Part shown: in pieces, positions 1 to 8,309 of the stretch
How positions within the stretch are numbered: the first letter of the stretch is position 1
How the letters are laid out: every line of letters starts with the position of its first letter
NCBI GenBank assembly: GCA_947457085.1
Contig: CANGUS010000001.1
Coordinates: 1-32,950, forward strand
From: Bacteroidota bacterium
GTDB taxonomy: Bacteria > Bacteroidota > Bacteroidia > Chitinophagales > Chitinophagaceae
Direction: 5' to 3'
Length of the DNA: 32,950 bases
The notes under the pieces: model-generated
What the model saw: only the letters and a program-made list of their open reading frames with translations
Databases searched by the model: none
Told to the model about the DNA's origin: nothing
Made by a program: the position numbers and the translations under genes

Positions 1-144
1 AGCGAATTACAAATTGAATTATTTAGAGTAACCAATGAATGTGAAATGGCATTGTATTCGCCTGATAGCGGCACATTAAAAATGCACCAAACATACAGTG
101 ATGCATTCAAATTAATAGGTAAATTAGAAAACGAATTATCCTAA
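1..144 (+). CDS. 3' end of an upstream CDS (partial; product not identifiable from 47 residues; by context possibly BatD-like)
   Basis: Frame 1 is open from the window edge to TAA at 142-144 (...ELQIELFRVTNECEMALYSPDSGTLKMHQTYSDAFKLIGKLENELS*). The stop overlaps the next ATG as TAATG (142-146), suggesting translational coupling with the TPR/SH3 gene. Confidence 0.4.
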   Translation, partial: SELQIELFRVTNECEMALYSPDSGTLKMHQTYSDAFKLIGKLENELS

Positions 145-878
145 TGAATAAGATTATTTATATAACTTTTTTCTTTTTCTTATTTGCTATTGAAAGCAAA
201 GCAGAAAGCAATATGATGTTCGAAAAAGCAAATCAATTGTATCATAATAAAATGTACGACAGCGCTTCTGTTTTATATTCTCAATTAATCAATGATAGCT
301 ATTTAAGTCCTAATTTATTTTACAATGCAGGCAATTCATTTTATAGAACTGGGAAAATTGGCTTGGCAATTTGGTGCTATAAAAAAGCATTGCAATTAGA
401 GCATAATATTAATATACAAGACAATTTAACTTTAGCTCAAAATAAAATTAAAGAACCAATTTATGCTCATAAAGACATCTTTTTCATTCGCTGGTGGAAA
501 GCAGGGTATAATTTATTCTCAGTAAATGTTTGGGCACTCATTGCACTCTTTTCGTTTTTAATAGCCATGTTTATTTTATTTTTCAAAATAATAAAATCTG
601 GATTATTGATTTCAAAAAAAGTAACGATAAGTTTGTTTGTCATATCTATCGTTTCAATATTTTTTATGTTGGTAAAATATATCAATGAAACATATCATTA
701 TCATGGTATCATTATTCATCAAACCAATTTCTTTAAAAAATATACAGACAAAAATCCTGTGATTTTATCAGAAGGAGTGGAAGTTGAGTATAACGGAGTT
801 GATAAATTTGGAATACGCATTATTCTTCCAAATGGGGAGGAGGGAATGATCAACATGAGTGATTTTAAGAAGTTGTAA
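144..878 (+). CDS. batE: TPR + SH3-like membrane protein, BatE-like (Bacteroides aerotolerance operon family)
   Basis: 244-aa ORF. N-terminal hydrophobic signal/anchor, TPR-like helices (LFYNAGNSFYRTGKIGLAIWCYKKALQL), two central hydrophobic helices and a C-terminal SH3-like tail (GVEVEYNGVDKFGIRIILPNGEEGMINMSDF). The architecture matches BatE. Confidence 0.65.
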   Translation: MNKIIYITFFFFLFAIESKAESNMMFEKANQLYHNKMYDSASVLYSQLINDSYLSPNLFYNAGNSFYRTGKIGLAIWCYKKALQLEHNINIQDNLTLAQNKIKEPIYAHKDIFFIRWWKAGYNLFSVNVWALIALFSFLIAMFILFFKIIKSGLLISKKVTISLFVISIVSIFFMLVKYINETYHYHGIIIHQTNFFKKYTDKNPVILSEGVEVEYNGVDKFGIRIILPNGEEGMINMSDFKKL

Positions 879-1281
879 TTTCTCTTTCTGATTCACTCAC
901 TATATTGATAAAAACCCGAATACAATTTGTAGGCAGTAATTCTAGGGCTATTTCAGGCCATTCTATAAATATATAATCTTGTTTATTCTGCATTACATCT
1001 TGCACACCTGCTTCTATGGCATCTTCTGTGTTTTTTAGTCGATACCAATCCATGTGAATGATTTTATTGTTCGCTTTCGGAATTTCGTATTCATTGATAA
1101 TTGAAAACGTGGGGCTAGAAATGTTGTCGGTCACCTGCAATGCTTTGCACAATGCATGTACAAATGTTGTTTTGCCGCTGCCCATTTCAGCAAAAAATGC
1201 AAAGCAGCGGTTGTGTTTAAAATCATCTAAAAACTGTTTTGCTACCGTATTTATATCCTCAATATGATACCGAATATTCAT
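865..1281 (-). CDS. tsaE: tRNA threonylcarbamoyladenosine (t6A) biosynthesis ATPase TsaE
   Basis: 138 aa with P-loop AEMGSGKTTF, SPTFSIINEY and HMDWYRL motifs typical of TsaE/YjeE. The 3' end overlaps batE convergently by 14 nt. Confidence 0.9.
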   Translation of the reverse strand: MNIRYHIEDINTVAKQFLDDFKHNRCFAFFAEMGSGKTTFVHALCKALQVTDNISSPTFSIINEYEIPKANNKIIHMDWYRLKNTEDAIEAGVQDVMQNKQDYIFIEWPEIALELLPTNCIRVFINIVSESEREITTS

Positions 1282-1285
1282 TTAG

Positions 1286-1293
1286 CAAATGTA
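1286..1293 (-). promoter_or_regulatory. Bacteroidota -7 promoter box (TACATTTG) for tsaE
   Basis: The minus strand reads TACATTTG-ctaa-ATG. This matches the TAnnTTTG consensus and lies exactly 4 nt before the tsaE start codon (1281-1279). Confidence 0.5.
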
Positions 1294-1335
1294 ATCAATG
1301 AAACGAAAGTAACACAAAGACTATTTGTATTTTCG

Positions 1336-1343
1336 TAGCTTTG
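1336..1343 (+). promoter_or_regulatory. Bacteroidota -7 promoter box (TAGCTTTG) for the P-type ATPase gene
   Basis: TAGCTTTG-tgca-ATG. Matches TAnnTTTG, 4 nt before the ATG at 1348. Confidence 0.5.
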
Positions 1344-1347
1344 TGCA

Positions 1348-3456
1348 ATGAGTAAATCAGTACAATGTAAAGTTGATGGAATGACTTGCGGCAACTGTGC
1401 ATTGACAATCACTACGTATTTAACGAAACATGGAGCAAGCAATGCGGTGGCCAATGCCTCAACAGGGGACCTTAGTTTTGATATTGATGATGAAAACATA
1501 GAATCTAAATTATTAGAAGGCATTCATGATTTGGGTTTTAAAGTACAAGAAGAAACTAAAGAGGGCGAACTAGCAAAAAGTCATTCTAAAGTGAAGAGAT
1601 ATTTATTGATTTCATTTTTATTTTGGGTGCCATTGATGTTGCATATGTTTATCGATTGGACGCCACTCCACAATCCTTATCTACAATTTATATTCACCTT
1701 GCCTGTGTATATTATTGGACTTATTTTTTTTGGCAAAAGTGCTTTTCGTTCTTTAAAAAACTGTATCCCTAATATGGATGTATTGGTTTTTATTGGAGCA
1801 AGTGCTGCATTTTTTTATAGCATCATTGGTTGGATATTATTTCCAACTCAAGTGCATAATTATTTATTTTTTGAAACTACTGCATCTATCATCACGCTGG
1901 TATTGGCTGGAAATTATTTAGAAGAATACTCTGTAAAAAGTACTGCTGTTTCTATTCAAGAGCTAATGAAATATCAAAAATCAAAAGCAAAAATAATTTT
2001 TACAGACAGTATTGGAAAAGAAACCATTGTAGAAACAGAGAATGAATTTGTAAAAAAGGACGATGTGGTTTTAGTTAATACAGGAGACAAAATTCCTGTA
2101 GATGGTATTATTATTAAAGGGCAAGCTGCCATTGATGAAAGCATGATGACTGGCGAAAGTTTGCCAGAACTAAAAGTAGAAAATGATTTTGTGATTGGAG
2201 GAACCATTGTTACAGATGGTTCGATACGAGTAAAAGCAACCGCTGTTGGCAACAAAAGTGTCATAGCCAATATTATCCATTTGGTGAATCAAGCACAAGC
2301 AGCCAAACCACCTATGCAAAAATTGGCTGATAAAATAAGTGCTGTTTTTGTGCCTGTGGTTGTGGGTGTAGCGATGCTAACTTTTGTTTTAAATCACTTT
2401 GTATTTGATGAAAGTATACAAAGTAGTTTGATGAGAATGATTGCAGTAATGGTGATTGCTTGTCCATGTGCCATGGGTTTGGCGACGCCTGCAGCTATCA
2501 TGGTAGGATTAGGAAGAGCCGCACGCAATGGAATTTTAATAAAAGGCGGTGATACTTTAGAAAGATTTAAAGATATTCAACAGATTGTTTTTGACAAAAC
2601 AGGAACGCTTACAACAGGAAAGCTCATCATCAATCAATTTGAATCAACTATATTAGAATCTGAGTTCAAAGAGATGGTATCAGCTTTGGAACAACATTCA
2701 TCCCATCCAATTGCACAGAGCATTGTAAAAGAATGGTCTTTTAACAATTACTCTTTAAACGCTATTCAAGAAATAAAAGGGATTGGCATATCAGCTGAAG
2801 ATGAGCAGGGTAATTTATGGCAAATAGGTTCTTATCGATTATTGCCCAATAATACAGAGGAAATACGGCATGATTTATATGTTTTTAAAAATAAGGTGCA
2901 AGTAGGATGGATCGATATGAAAGATGAGTTGAGAGAAGATACTCAATTAGTTATCCAATCGCTTCACCTAAAAGGATTTAAAACGATTATGTTGAGCGGT
3001 GATAGAAAGGAAAAATGCGATCGACTAGCTAAAGAACTTCACATAGATGAAGTATACAGTGAACAGCTCCCTCAACAAAAAATGAAAATATTAGATACTA
3101 TCATGCAACGAGGATATACAGCGATGGTAGGCGATGGCATTAATGATGCGCCTTCATTAGCAAAAGCACATATTGGCATCTCATTAAGTGATGCTTCTCA
3201 AATTGCCATGCAAAGTGCTCAAGTTTTATTGCTGAAAAATAAATTATCCAATTTGCCTACAGCCATTGAGTTAGGTAAACAAACCTATTTGACAATTAAA
3301 CAAAATTTGTTTTGGGCATTTTTTTACAATGTTGTAGCTATACCTTTTGCAGCAACCGGTTATTTGACGCCTACTTGGGGAGCCGCAATCATGGGATTCA
3401 GTGATATTATATTAATAATAAACAGCTTACGATTGAGGTATAAAAAATTGAATTAA
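1348..3456 (+). CDS. heavy-metal translocating P1B-type ATPase (probably Cu+ exporting, CopA-like)
   Basis: 702 aa. N-terminal HMA domain with GMTCGNCA, TGES, transmembrane CPC (ACPCAMGLATP), DKTGTLT phosphorylation site, SSHPIA (HP motif), GDGINDAP and YN in the helix after the hinge. The last helix reads MGFSD rather than the CopA-typical MxxSS, so metal specificity is left open. Confidence 0.9.
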   Translation: MSKSVQCKVDGMTCGNCALTITTYLTKHGASNAVANASTGDLSFDIDDENIESKLLEGIHDLGFKVQEETKEGELAKSHSKVKRYLLISFLFWVPLMLHMFIDWTPLHNPYLQFIFTLPVYIIGLIFFGKSAFRSLKNCIPNMDVLVFIGASAAFFYSIIGWILFPTQVHNYLFFETTASIITLVLAGNYLEEYSVKSTAVSIQELMKYQKSKAKIIFTDSIGKETIVETENEFVKKDDVVLVNTGDKIPVDGIIIKGQAAIDESMMTGESLPELKVENDFVIGGTIVTDGSIRVKATAVGNKSVIANIIHLVNQAQAAKPPMQKLADKISAVFVPVVVGVAMLTFVLNHFVFDESIQSSLMRMIAVMVIACPCAMGLATPAAIMVGLGRAARNGILIKGGDTLERFKDIQQIVFDKTGTLTTGKLIINQFESTILESEFKEMVSALEQHSSHPIAQSIVKEWSFNNYSLNAIQEIKGIGISAEDEQGNLWQIGSYRLLPNNTEEIRHDLYVFKNKVQVGWIDMKDELREDTQLVIQSLHLKGFKTIMLSGDRKEKCDRLAKELHIDEVYSEQLPQQKMKILDTIMQRGYTAMVGDGINDAPSLAKAHIGISLSDASQIAMQSAQVLLLKNKLSNLPTAIELGKQTYLTIKQNLFWAFFYNVVAIPFAATGYLTPTWGAAIMGFSDIILIINSLRLRYKKLN

Positions 3457-4598
3457 TAATCAATAATTTGCTCTTCTATCATGTTGGGCAATTCTCTGAA
3501 TTCATATTTTTGTGTACGAAGTTGAGGCTCAAATCCTGCATCCTTAATAGCATCTTGGATAGATTTATAGGTGAAACGATGAGGTGCACCAGCCGCACTC
3601 ACTACATTTTCTTCCAACATAATACTTCCAAAATCATTTGCGCCAGCATATAAACAAGCTTGTGCAACCTCTTTACCAACCGTTAGCCAAGAAGCTTGAA
3701 TGTTTTTAACATTAGGCAACATGATTCTGCTCATAGCAATCATTCGAATATATTCTTCCGAAGTGGTATCGTTTTTCGCTCTTCTTATTTTAGCTAATAG
3801 TGTATCAACATCTTGAAAAGTCCATGGGATGAATGCCAAGAAGCCATTTGCATGTTCGGGCTTTTCGCTTTGTACTTGGCGAATATCAACTAAATGTTCA
3901 AAGCGTTCTTGTATTGTTTCAACGTGGCCAAACATCATGGTTCCTGATGTAGTAATATCTAATTGATGGCAAGCTCTCATAATATCTAACCACTCTTGTG
4001 CACCACATTTTCCTTTCGATATTAATCGGCGTACGCGGTCGTTTAATATTTCTGCACCTGCACCTGGCAAGCTGTCCATTCCTGCTTCTTTCAATGCTTT
4101 TAATACATCGGTATGGGTGGTTGCTTGGCCATTAGGCAAGCTTTTTTCTAGCTTCGTAATATGCGCAATTTCAGGTGGTCCAAGCGTGTGTAACTTAATA
4201 CTTGGATATAAGGATTTAAGCTCTTTAAATAAATCGACATAAAATTGAAGGCCTAATTCTGGATGATGGCCACCTTGTAATAACAATTGGTCTCCTCCCC
4301 ATTTAATGGTTTCTTCAATTTTCTTTTTGTATGTTTCAATATCGGTAATGTAGGCTTCAGGATGACCTGGGATTCTATAGAAATTGCAAAATTTACAATT
4401 TGCAATACACACATTGGTCGTATTTACATTTCTATCTATTTGCCAAGTAATTTTGCCATGTGGCACTTGAATTTTGCGAAGCTCATTCGCAATGTGCATT
4501 AACTCGGCTAAAGGGGCATTCTCAAAAAGATAAATTCCTTCTTCAACAGTTAAAAATTCAAAGTTTTGTGCTTTTTTGTATAAATCTGAAAGTTGCAT
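3453..4598 (-). CDS. radical SAM enzyme of the futalosine menaquinone pathway (MqnC/MqnE family; cannot distinguish by eye)
   Basis: 381 aa. CIANCKFCNF radical-SAM cluster motif preceded by DRNVNTTNV, with the overall CofH/MqnC/MqnE layout. The stop overlaps the ATPase stop by 4 nt (convergent). Confidence 0.8.
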   Translation of the reverse strand: MQLSDLYKKAQNFEFLTVEEGIYLFENAPLAELMHIANELRKIQVPHGKITWQIDRNVNTTNVCIANCKFCNFYRIPGHPEAYITDIETYKKKIEETIKWGGDQLLLQGGHHPELGLQFYVDLFKELKSLYPSIKLHTLGPPEIAHITKLEKSLPNGQATTHTDVLKALKEAGMDSLPGAGAEILNDRVRRLISKGKCGAQEWLDIMRACHQLDITTSGTMMFGHVETIQERFEHLVDIRQVQSEKPEHANGFLAFIPWTFQDVDTLLAKIRRAKNDTTSEEYIRMIAMSRIMLPNVKNIQASWLTVGKEVAQACLYAGANDFGSIMLEENVVSAAGAPHRFTYKSIQDAIKDAGFEPQLRTQKYEFRELPNMIEEQIIDY

Positions 4599-4673
4599 GT
4601 ATTGAAATTATGTTAGTTTGATTTATTATTAAACAGCTCATTCTGAGAGGCATAATAATGAGTTGCGAAAGTA

Positions 4674-5216
4674 TTACTTTTTGATTGCATTTAAAATTTC
4701 TTCACTCATTGGATCGGTATTGGGTGAAAAAACAGCCACCAATTTCCCTTGCTCGTTAATTAAGTATTTTTGAAAATTCCATTTAACTGAGTTATCGCTG
4801 AAACCGTTGTATTTTTTTTGAGTTAAGTAAACATATAAAGGATGCATGTCTTTTCCTTTTACTGAAATTTTTGCAGCCATAGGGAAGGTAACTCCATAAT
4901 TTCGTTGGCAAAAAGTTTGAATGTCAGCATTTTTGCCGGGCTCTTGAAATAAGAAGTTGTTGGCAGGAAAACCAATAATTACTAGCTTGCCTTTGTTTTT
5001 TTCATAAAGCTCTTCCAGTCCTTTATATTGTGGGGTAAAGCCACATTTGGAAGCGGTATTGACTATCAATATTTTTTTTCCTTTATATTTAGCTAAATCA
5101 ATTGTGGTTCCATCTAAAGATTCTACTTTGAAGTCATAAACCGATTTAAATTGCGCATCTAATTCTTTAGAAGCAAACAAGAATGATAGTATTCCCATGA
5201 TAATATATTTATTCAT
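4674..5216 (-). CDS. glutathione peroxidase family protein (Cys type) with N-terminal signal peptide
   Basis: VNTASKCGFTPQY, FPANNF and WNFQKYLI are the three GPx signature blocks. The N-terminus MNKYIIMGILSFLFASKELDAQ looks like a signal peptide. The start is moved from the track's TTG (5234) to ATG 5216 because the TTG lies inside the predicted -7 box. Confidence 0.85.
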   Translation of the reverse strand: MNKYIIMGILSFLFASKELDAQFKSVYDFKVESLDGTTIDLAKYKGKKILIVNTASKCGFTPQYKGLEELYEKNKGKLVIIGFPANNFLFQEPGKNADIQTFCQRNYGVTFPMAAKISVKGKDMHPLYVYLTQKKYNGFSDNSVKWNFQKYLINEQGKLVAVFSPNTDPMSEEILNAIKK

Positions 5217-5231
5217 TTTATAAATTTTTAT

Positions 5232-5239
5232 CAAAGGTA
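5232..5239 (-). promoter_or_regulatory. Bacteroidota -7 promoter box (TACCTTTG) for the glutathione peroxidase gene
   Basis: The minus strand reads TACCTTTG, 15 nt upstream of ATG 5216. Confidence 0.4.
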
Positions 5240-5343
5240 AAGGTATTGTCTCAGCGCATCTATTATAAATAGTAGATTCTTGCTATATGCAATAAGTATT
5301 ATTTTATACTCAGTAACTATTCGAGATATTACTTTCAAGTACT

Positions 5344-5351
5344 TACATTTG
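5344..5351 (+). promoter_or_regulatory. Bacteroidota -7 promoter box (TACATTTG)
   Basis: TACATTTG-tacc-ATG, 4 nt before the ATG at 5356. Confidence 0.5.
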
Positions 5352-5355
5352 TACC

Positions 5356-6351
5356 ATGAAAAAAAATCTTCTGTATTTATCAATACTAGTCTTGCTTACT
5401 GTTCTGACTTATTTTTTTGTTTTCACAGATCGTGGAAATGAATTTTCTCGCAAAGAAGCGAATTTTCATATAAAAGATACAGCCAATATTACAACCATAT
5501 TTTTATCTAGTATGAAAGATGAAAATATCAAATTAGATCGAACAGAAAATGCTTGGAAACTAAATGATACGCTGATTCCTAGAATGGACGCGGTGAATTT
5601 ATTACTAACCACTATGTATGAACAAAAAGTTTCTAATCCAGTTAGTTTAAATGTTCATGACGAAGCCATAAAAGAGCTTAGTACGAACAGTACAAAAGTA
5701 GAAATTTATACCAAGGAAAAGAAAACGCATGTATTTTATGTTGCTAAAAATCAGGCAGCTAACAACTTAACCTATATGCTTATGGAAGGTGCCAAACGAC
5801 CATTTATTATCAAGCTCCCACTTCAAAATACCTTTGTAGGGATTCGATATATGACTGGTATATCTCAATGGAGAACTAATCAGTTGTTTTTTTCGCCGAA
5901 TCCTGTTGAAAAAATAGATGTAGTTTATAAAGATTCTACGCAATATAATTTTACGGTGTATAATAAAGATTCTATCCTGTTAGAAAGTGCTTTTCAAACA
6001 ACTCATCCATTAAACAGAAAACGGTTAAATACCTATGTAGGTTTTTATGAAAAATTATATTGCTATGGTTTTGAAACGAGCTATATTTTCAAAGACTCTG
6101 TTATTAAAAATGGCCGACAATTAGGTACAGTTACTTTGAAACGAAAAAATGGAAAAACAGAAACGTTGAGAATTTATTTTAAACCCAAAAGTCAAGACAC
6201 TAAAAGTATTATCACAATTGATAATGTAACATATGATTTCAATATTTTTTATGGGCTGTTAAATCAACAAGATTTCTTGTCAATAGATAAAGAATCGGTA
6301 GAAAAAATGTTTAGGACCAATAAAGAATTTTATGAAATGGATGCAAAATAA
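5356..6351 (+). CDS. hypothetical membrane-anchored protein (possibly DUF4340-like)
   Basis: 331-aa ORF with an N-terminal TM anchor (LLYLSILVLLTVLTYFFVF) and coding-like composition. No catalytic motif recognised, and the family assignment is a guess. Confidence 0.6.
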   Translation: MKKNLLYLSILVLLTVLTYFFVFTDRGNEFSRKEANFHIKDTANITTIFLSSMKDENIKLDRTENAWKLNDTLIPRMDAVNLLLTTMYEQKVSNPVSLNVHDEAIKELSTNSTKVEIYTKEKKTHVFYVAKNQAANNLTYMLMEGAKRPFIIKLPLQNTFVGIRYMTGISQWRTNQLFFSPNPVEKIDVVYKDSTQYNFTVYNKDSILLESAFQTTHPLNRKRLNTYVGFYEKLYCYGFETSYIFKDSVIKNGRQLGTVTLKRKNGKTETLRIYFKPKSQDTKSIITIDNVTYDFNIFYGLLNQQDFLSIDKESVEKMFRTNKEFYEMDAK

Positions 6352-6353
6352 GA

Positions 6354-8306
6354 TTATAGCTTCTCGAGTATAATTACGATTTTATTGAAATCGGCTGCAG
6401 CATTAATTACTTTTTTATAATCTTCATATACAATTTTTGATACATAGCTATCGTTGTATGTTTCAAATACATTTACGGCTAATTTTGAATCTTTGAGGGT
6501 GTATTTTGAAACAAATTTGCAGGTTTCTTTTCCTTGATAATTTGCAACTACATTCATATTTAATTTATCCAAATTATTTACTTTGTAGCCAGCAGGAATA
6601 TCTATTTCTATATTTCTAGTATATTGATGAGGATTGGGAATTTCGATATCAAATTGTCTTTCGTTTTCTTGATACATTTCCGCTTGTCGTCCTATTAATT
6701 CACCAATTTTAAATAAATATTTGTTGCCCGCTTTTTCAATTTGATTGGTAGCATAGATTGTGGCACTTATTTTTAGCGGTTTGTCTTCCATCGTTAAATA
6801 TTTGAAATCATTATTTTCATATTTGAAATCACTTATTTTCTCCTCTTTATCACTTATTCGAATCATCTCTTTTGCAATTTCATCTCTTTTTTCATTGTCA
6901 AATAAAACAAAGCCAGGTAATATTTCTACCATATTTTGTCCTTGAAAAGTATTTTTCATTTGAATAATAGCAGTATCTAAATCGGCATTAAAAAGTACAT
7001 GTACATCATGATTGGTGTAATTTAATTTAGCATCAGTTTGTGGAATTGTTCTTTTTTCTGCACGAATAAGTTGCAAAGAATCTTTAGTAAACAAACAATT
7101 ATTTTCATGCCAAGTGGAAGGGGTGTATGGCACTCTGTAAAATGGTTCGTTAGGCGCTAGGTATTGTTTTATATCAGGAAAATAAAAAACACAAGAGGTT
7201 AAATTGTCTGGATTGATAAAGTCGGTATCCAATGATTTGACAAATCGATTGGTAGTGAAGCCAATTTGGAAATTAACTCGACTGATAGTAAAAAGTAATG
7301 AAAATAGTTTTTTTATCCCTTTCTCATTGGTTAGTTTGTTTTTTATTATAAAAGAAATTTCGTCTGCATCTTTCGATTGTACTACCTCTTGTTGCTGAAA
7401 TGAAGTTTTTATAAAATTCTCTATCCAGTTAATTTTTTCAATTATGAGTTTGCAACTTCGGAAGTCTTGATTGTCTATTAATTTGATTCCTGCTTTTATA
7501 TCCTTGTCTGAAAAATTTGTATTTTCTCTGTAAACTAAGCTAAAATAATCATCCCAATCAAATAAGCGATCCCCTCTCTTTTTTTCTTCTAAATTATTGG
7601 CTAATGAATATTCCACTCTGGCAAAATGAGAAACGTACGAAGCATATTTTTCTTCTTTTAATCCGGCTTTATTTTTTATGTACGCTAAAAAACTATTTTT
7701 ATTATTTACAACTGTATCTTTTTCTATTATGACATCATTGTATCCTTTGATGTCAAAAATTAAATTTGCATCACTGACAATCTCAAACCAATTTTCCATA
7801 ACCGGCATTTCATCCTGCAAATACTCTGTGCCAAATGGCATAAATGGCCGTCTTTCATATACAATAAATTCTATTTCAGAACCCTTTTCAACACCCTCGA
7901 GCGCAAATATTTTACTGAAGTTTCCATTCTCTTCTTTTACATCTTTAAATGCATTTGCAGCCAACTCGATTACTTTACCACTCGGTGAAATGGTTCGAGC
8001 TTTTATTAAAATAATTGGATTGGCTTCATTGTATCCAATTTTTATTTTATTAAACATTTCAATTCCTTTCTCATCATTGGTTCTGATAATTCTATGAAAT
8101 CTATGCGTGAAAACTAATTGATTTCTTAAATCTTTGCTGACTTCATATTGATTCACTTCTTTGATAATGATGGCACTTTCTTTCAAAAAAAGTTCATTTT
8201 TAATTTGGTGTATCGTTGGATTAGACTCCCAATTTATATTTAATCGTTGTGCATTGATTCCCACTGAAAGCAGATATAGGAATAGGAAGAGTCCTGTTTT
8301 TTTCAT
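6354..8306 (-). CDS. exported DUF3857/DUF3858-like protein, paralog of the upstream transglutaminase-like gene but lacking the catalytic triad
   Basis: 650 aa with a signal peptide (LFLFLYLLSVGINAQ). Same size and layout as the 8310-10214 product. At the position of the GDCKD...H...D core it reads NEKGIKKLF...LTSCVFYF...APNEP. It lies 3 nt downstream of its paralog, so probably in the same operon. Confidence 0.75.
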   Translation of the reverse strand: MKKTGLFLFLYLLSVGINAQRLNINWESNPTIHQIKNELFLKESAIIIKEVNQYEVSKDLRNQLVFTHRFHRIIRTNDEKGIEMFNKIKIGYNEANPIILIKARTISPSGKVIELAANAFKDVKEENGNFSKIFALEGVEKGSEIEFIVYERRPFMPFGTEYLQDEMPVMENWFEIVSDANLIFDIKGYNDVIIEKDTVVNNKNSFLAYIKNKAGLKEEKYASYVSHFARVEYSLANNLEEKKRGDRLFDWDDYFSLVYRENTNFSDKDIKAGIKLIDNQDFRSCKLIIEKINWIENFIKTSFQQQEVVQSKDADEISFIIKNKLTNEKGIKKLFSLLFTISRVNFQIGFTTNRFVKSLDTDFINPDNLTSCVFYFPDIKQYLAPNEPFYRVPYTPSTWHENNCLFTKDSLQLIRAEKRTIPQTDAKLNYTNHDVHVLFNADLDTAIIQMKNTFQGQNMVEILPGFVLFDNEKRDEIAKEMIRISDKEEKISDFKYENNDFKYLTMEDKPLKISATIYATNQIEKAGNKYLFKIGELIGRQAEMYQENERQFDIEIPNPHQYTRNIEIDIPAGYKVNNLDKLNMNVVANYQGKETCKFVSKYTLKDSKLAVNVFETYNDSYVSKIVYEDYKKVINAAADFNKIVIILEKL

Positions 8307-8309
8307 TAT

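Noticed and set aside
4599-4673. A hairpin, CTCATT...AATGAG, between the glutathione peroxidase stop and the radical-SAM gene start, as a possible terminator.
   Set aside because: A 6-bp stem with a 14-nt loop and no adjacent T-run on the minus strand, which is too weak to call.
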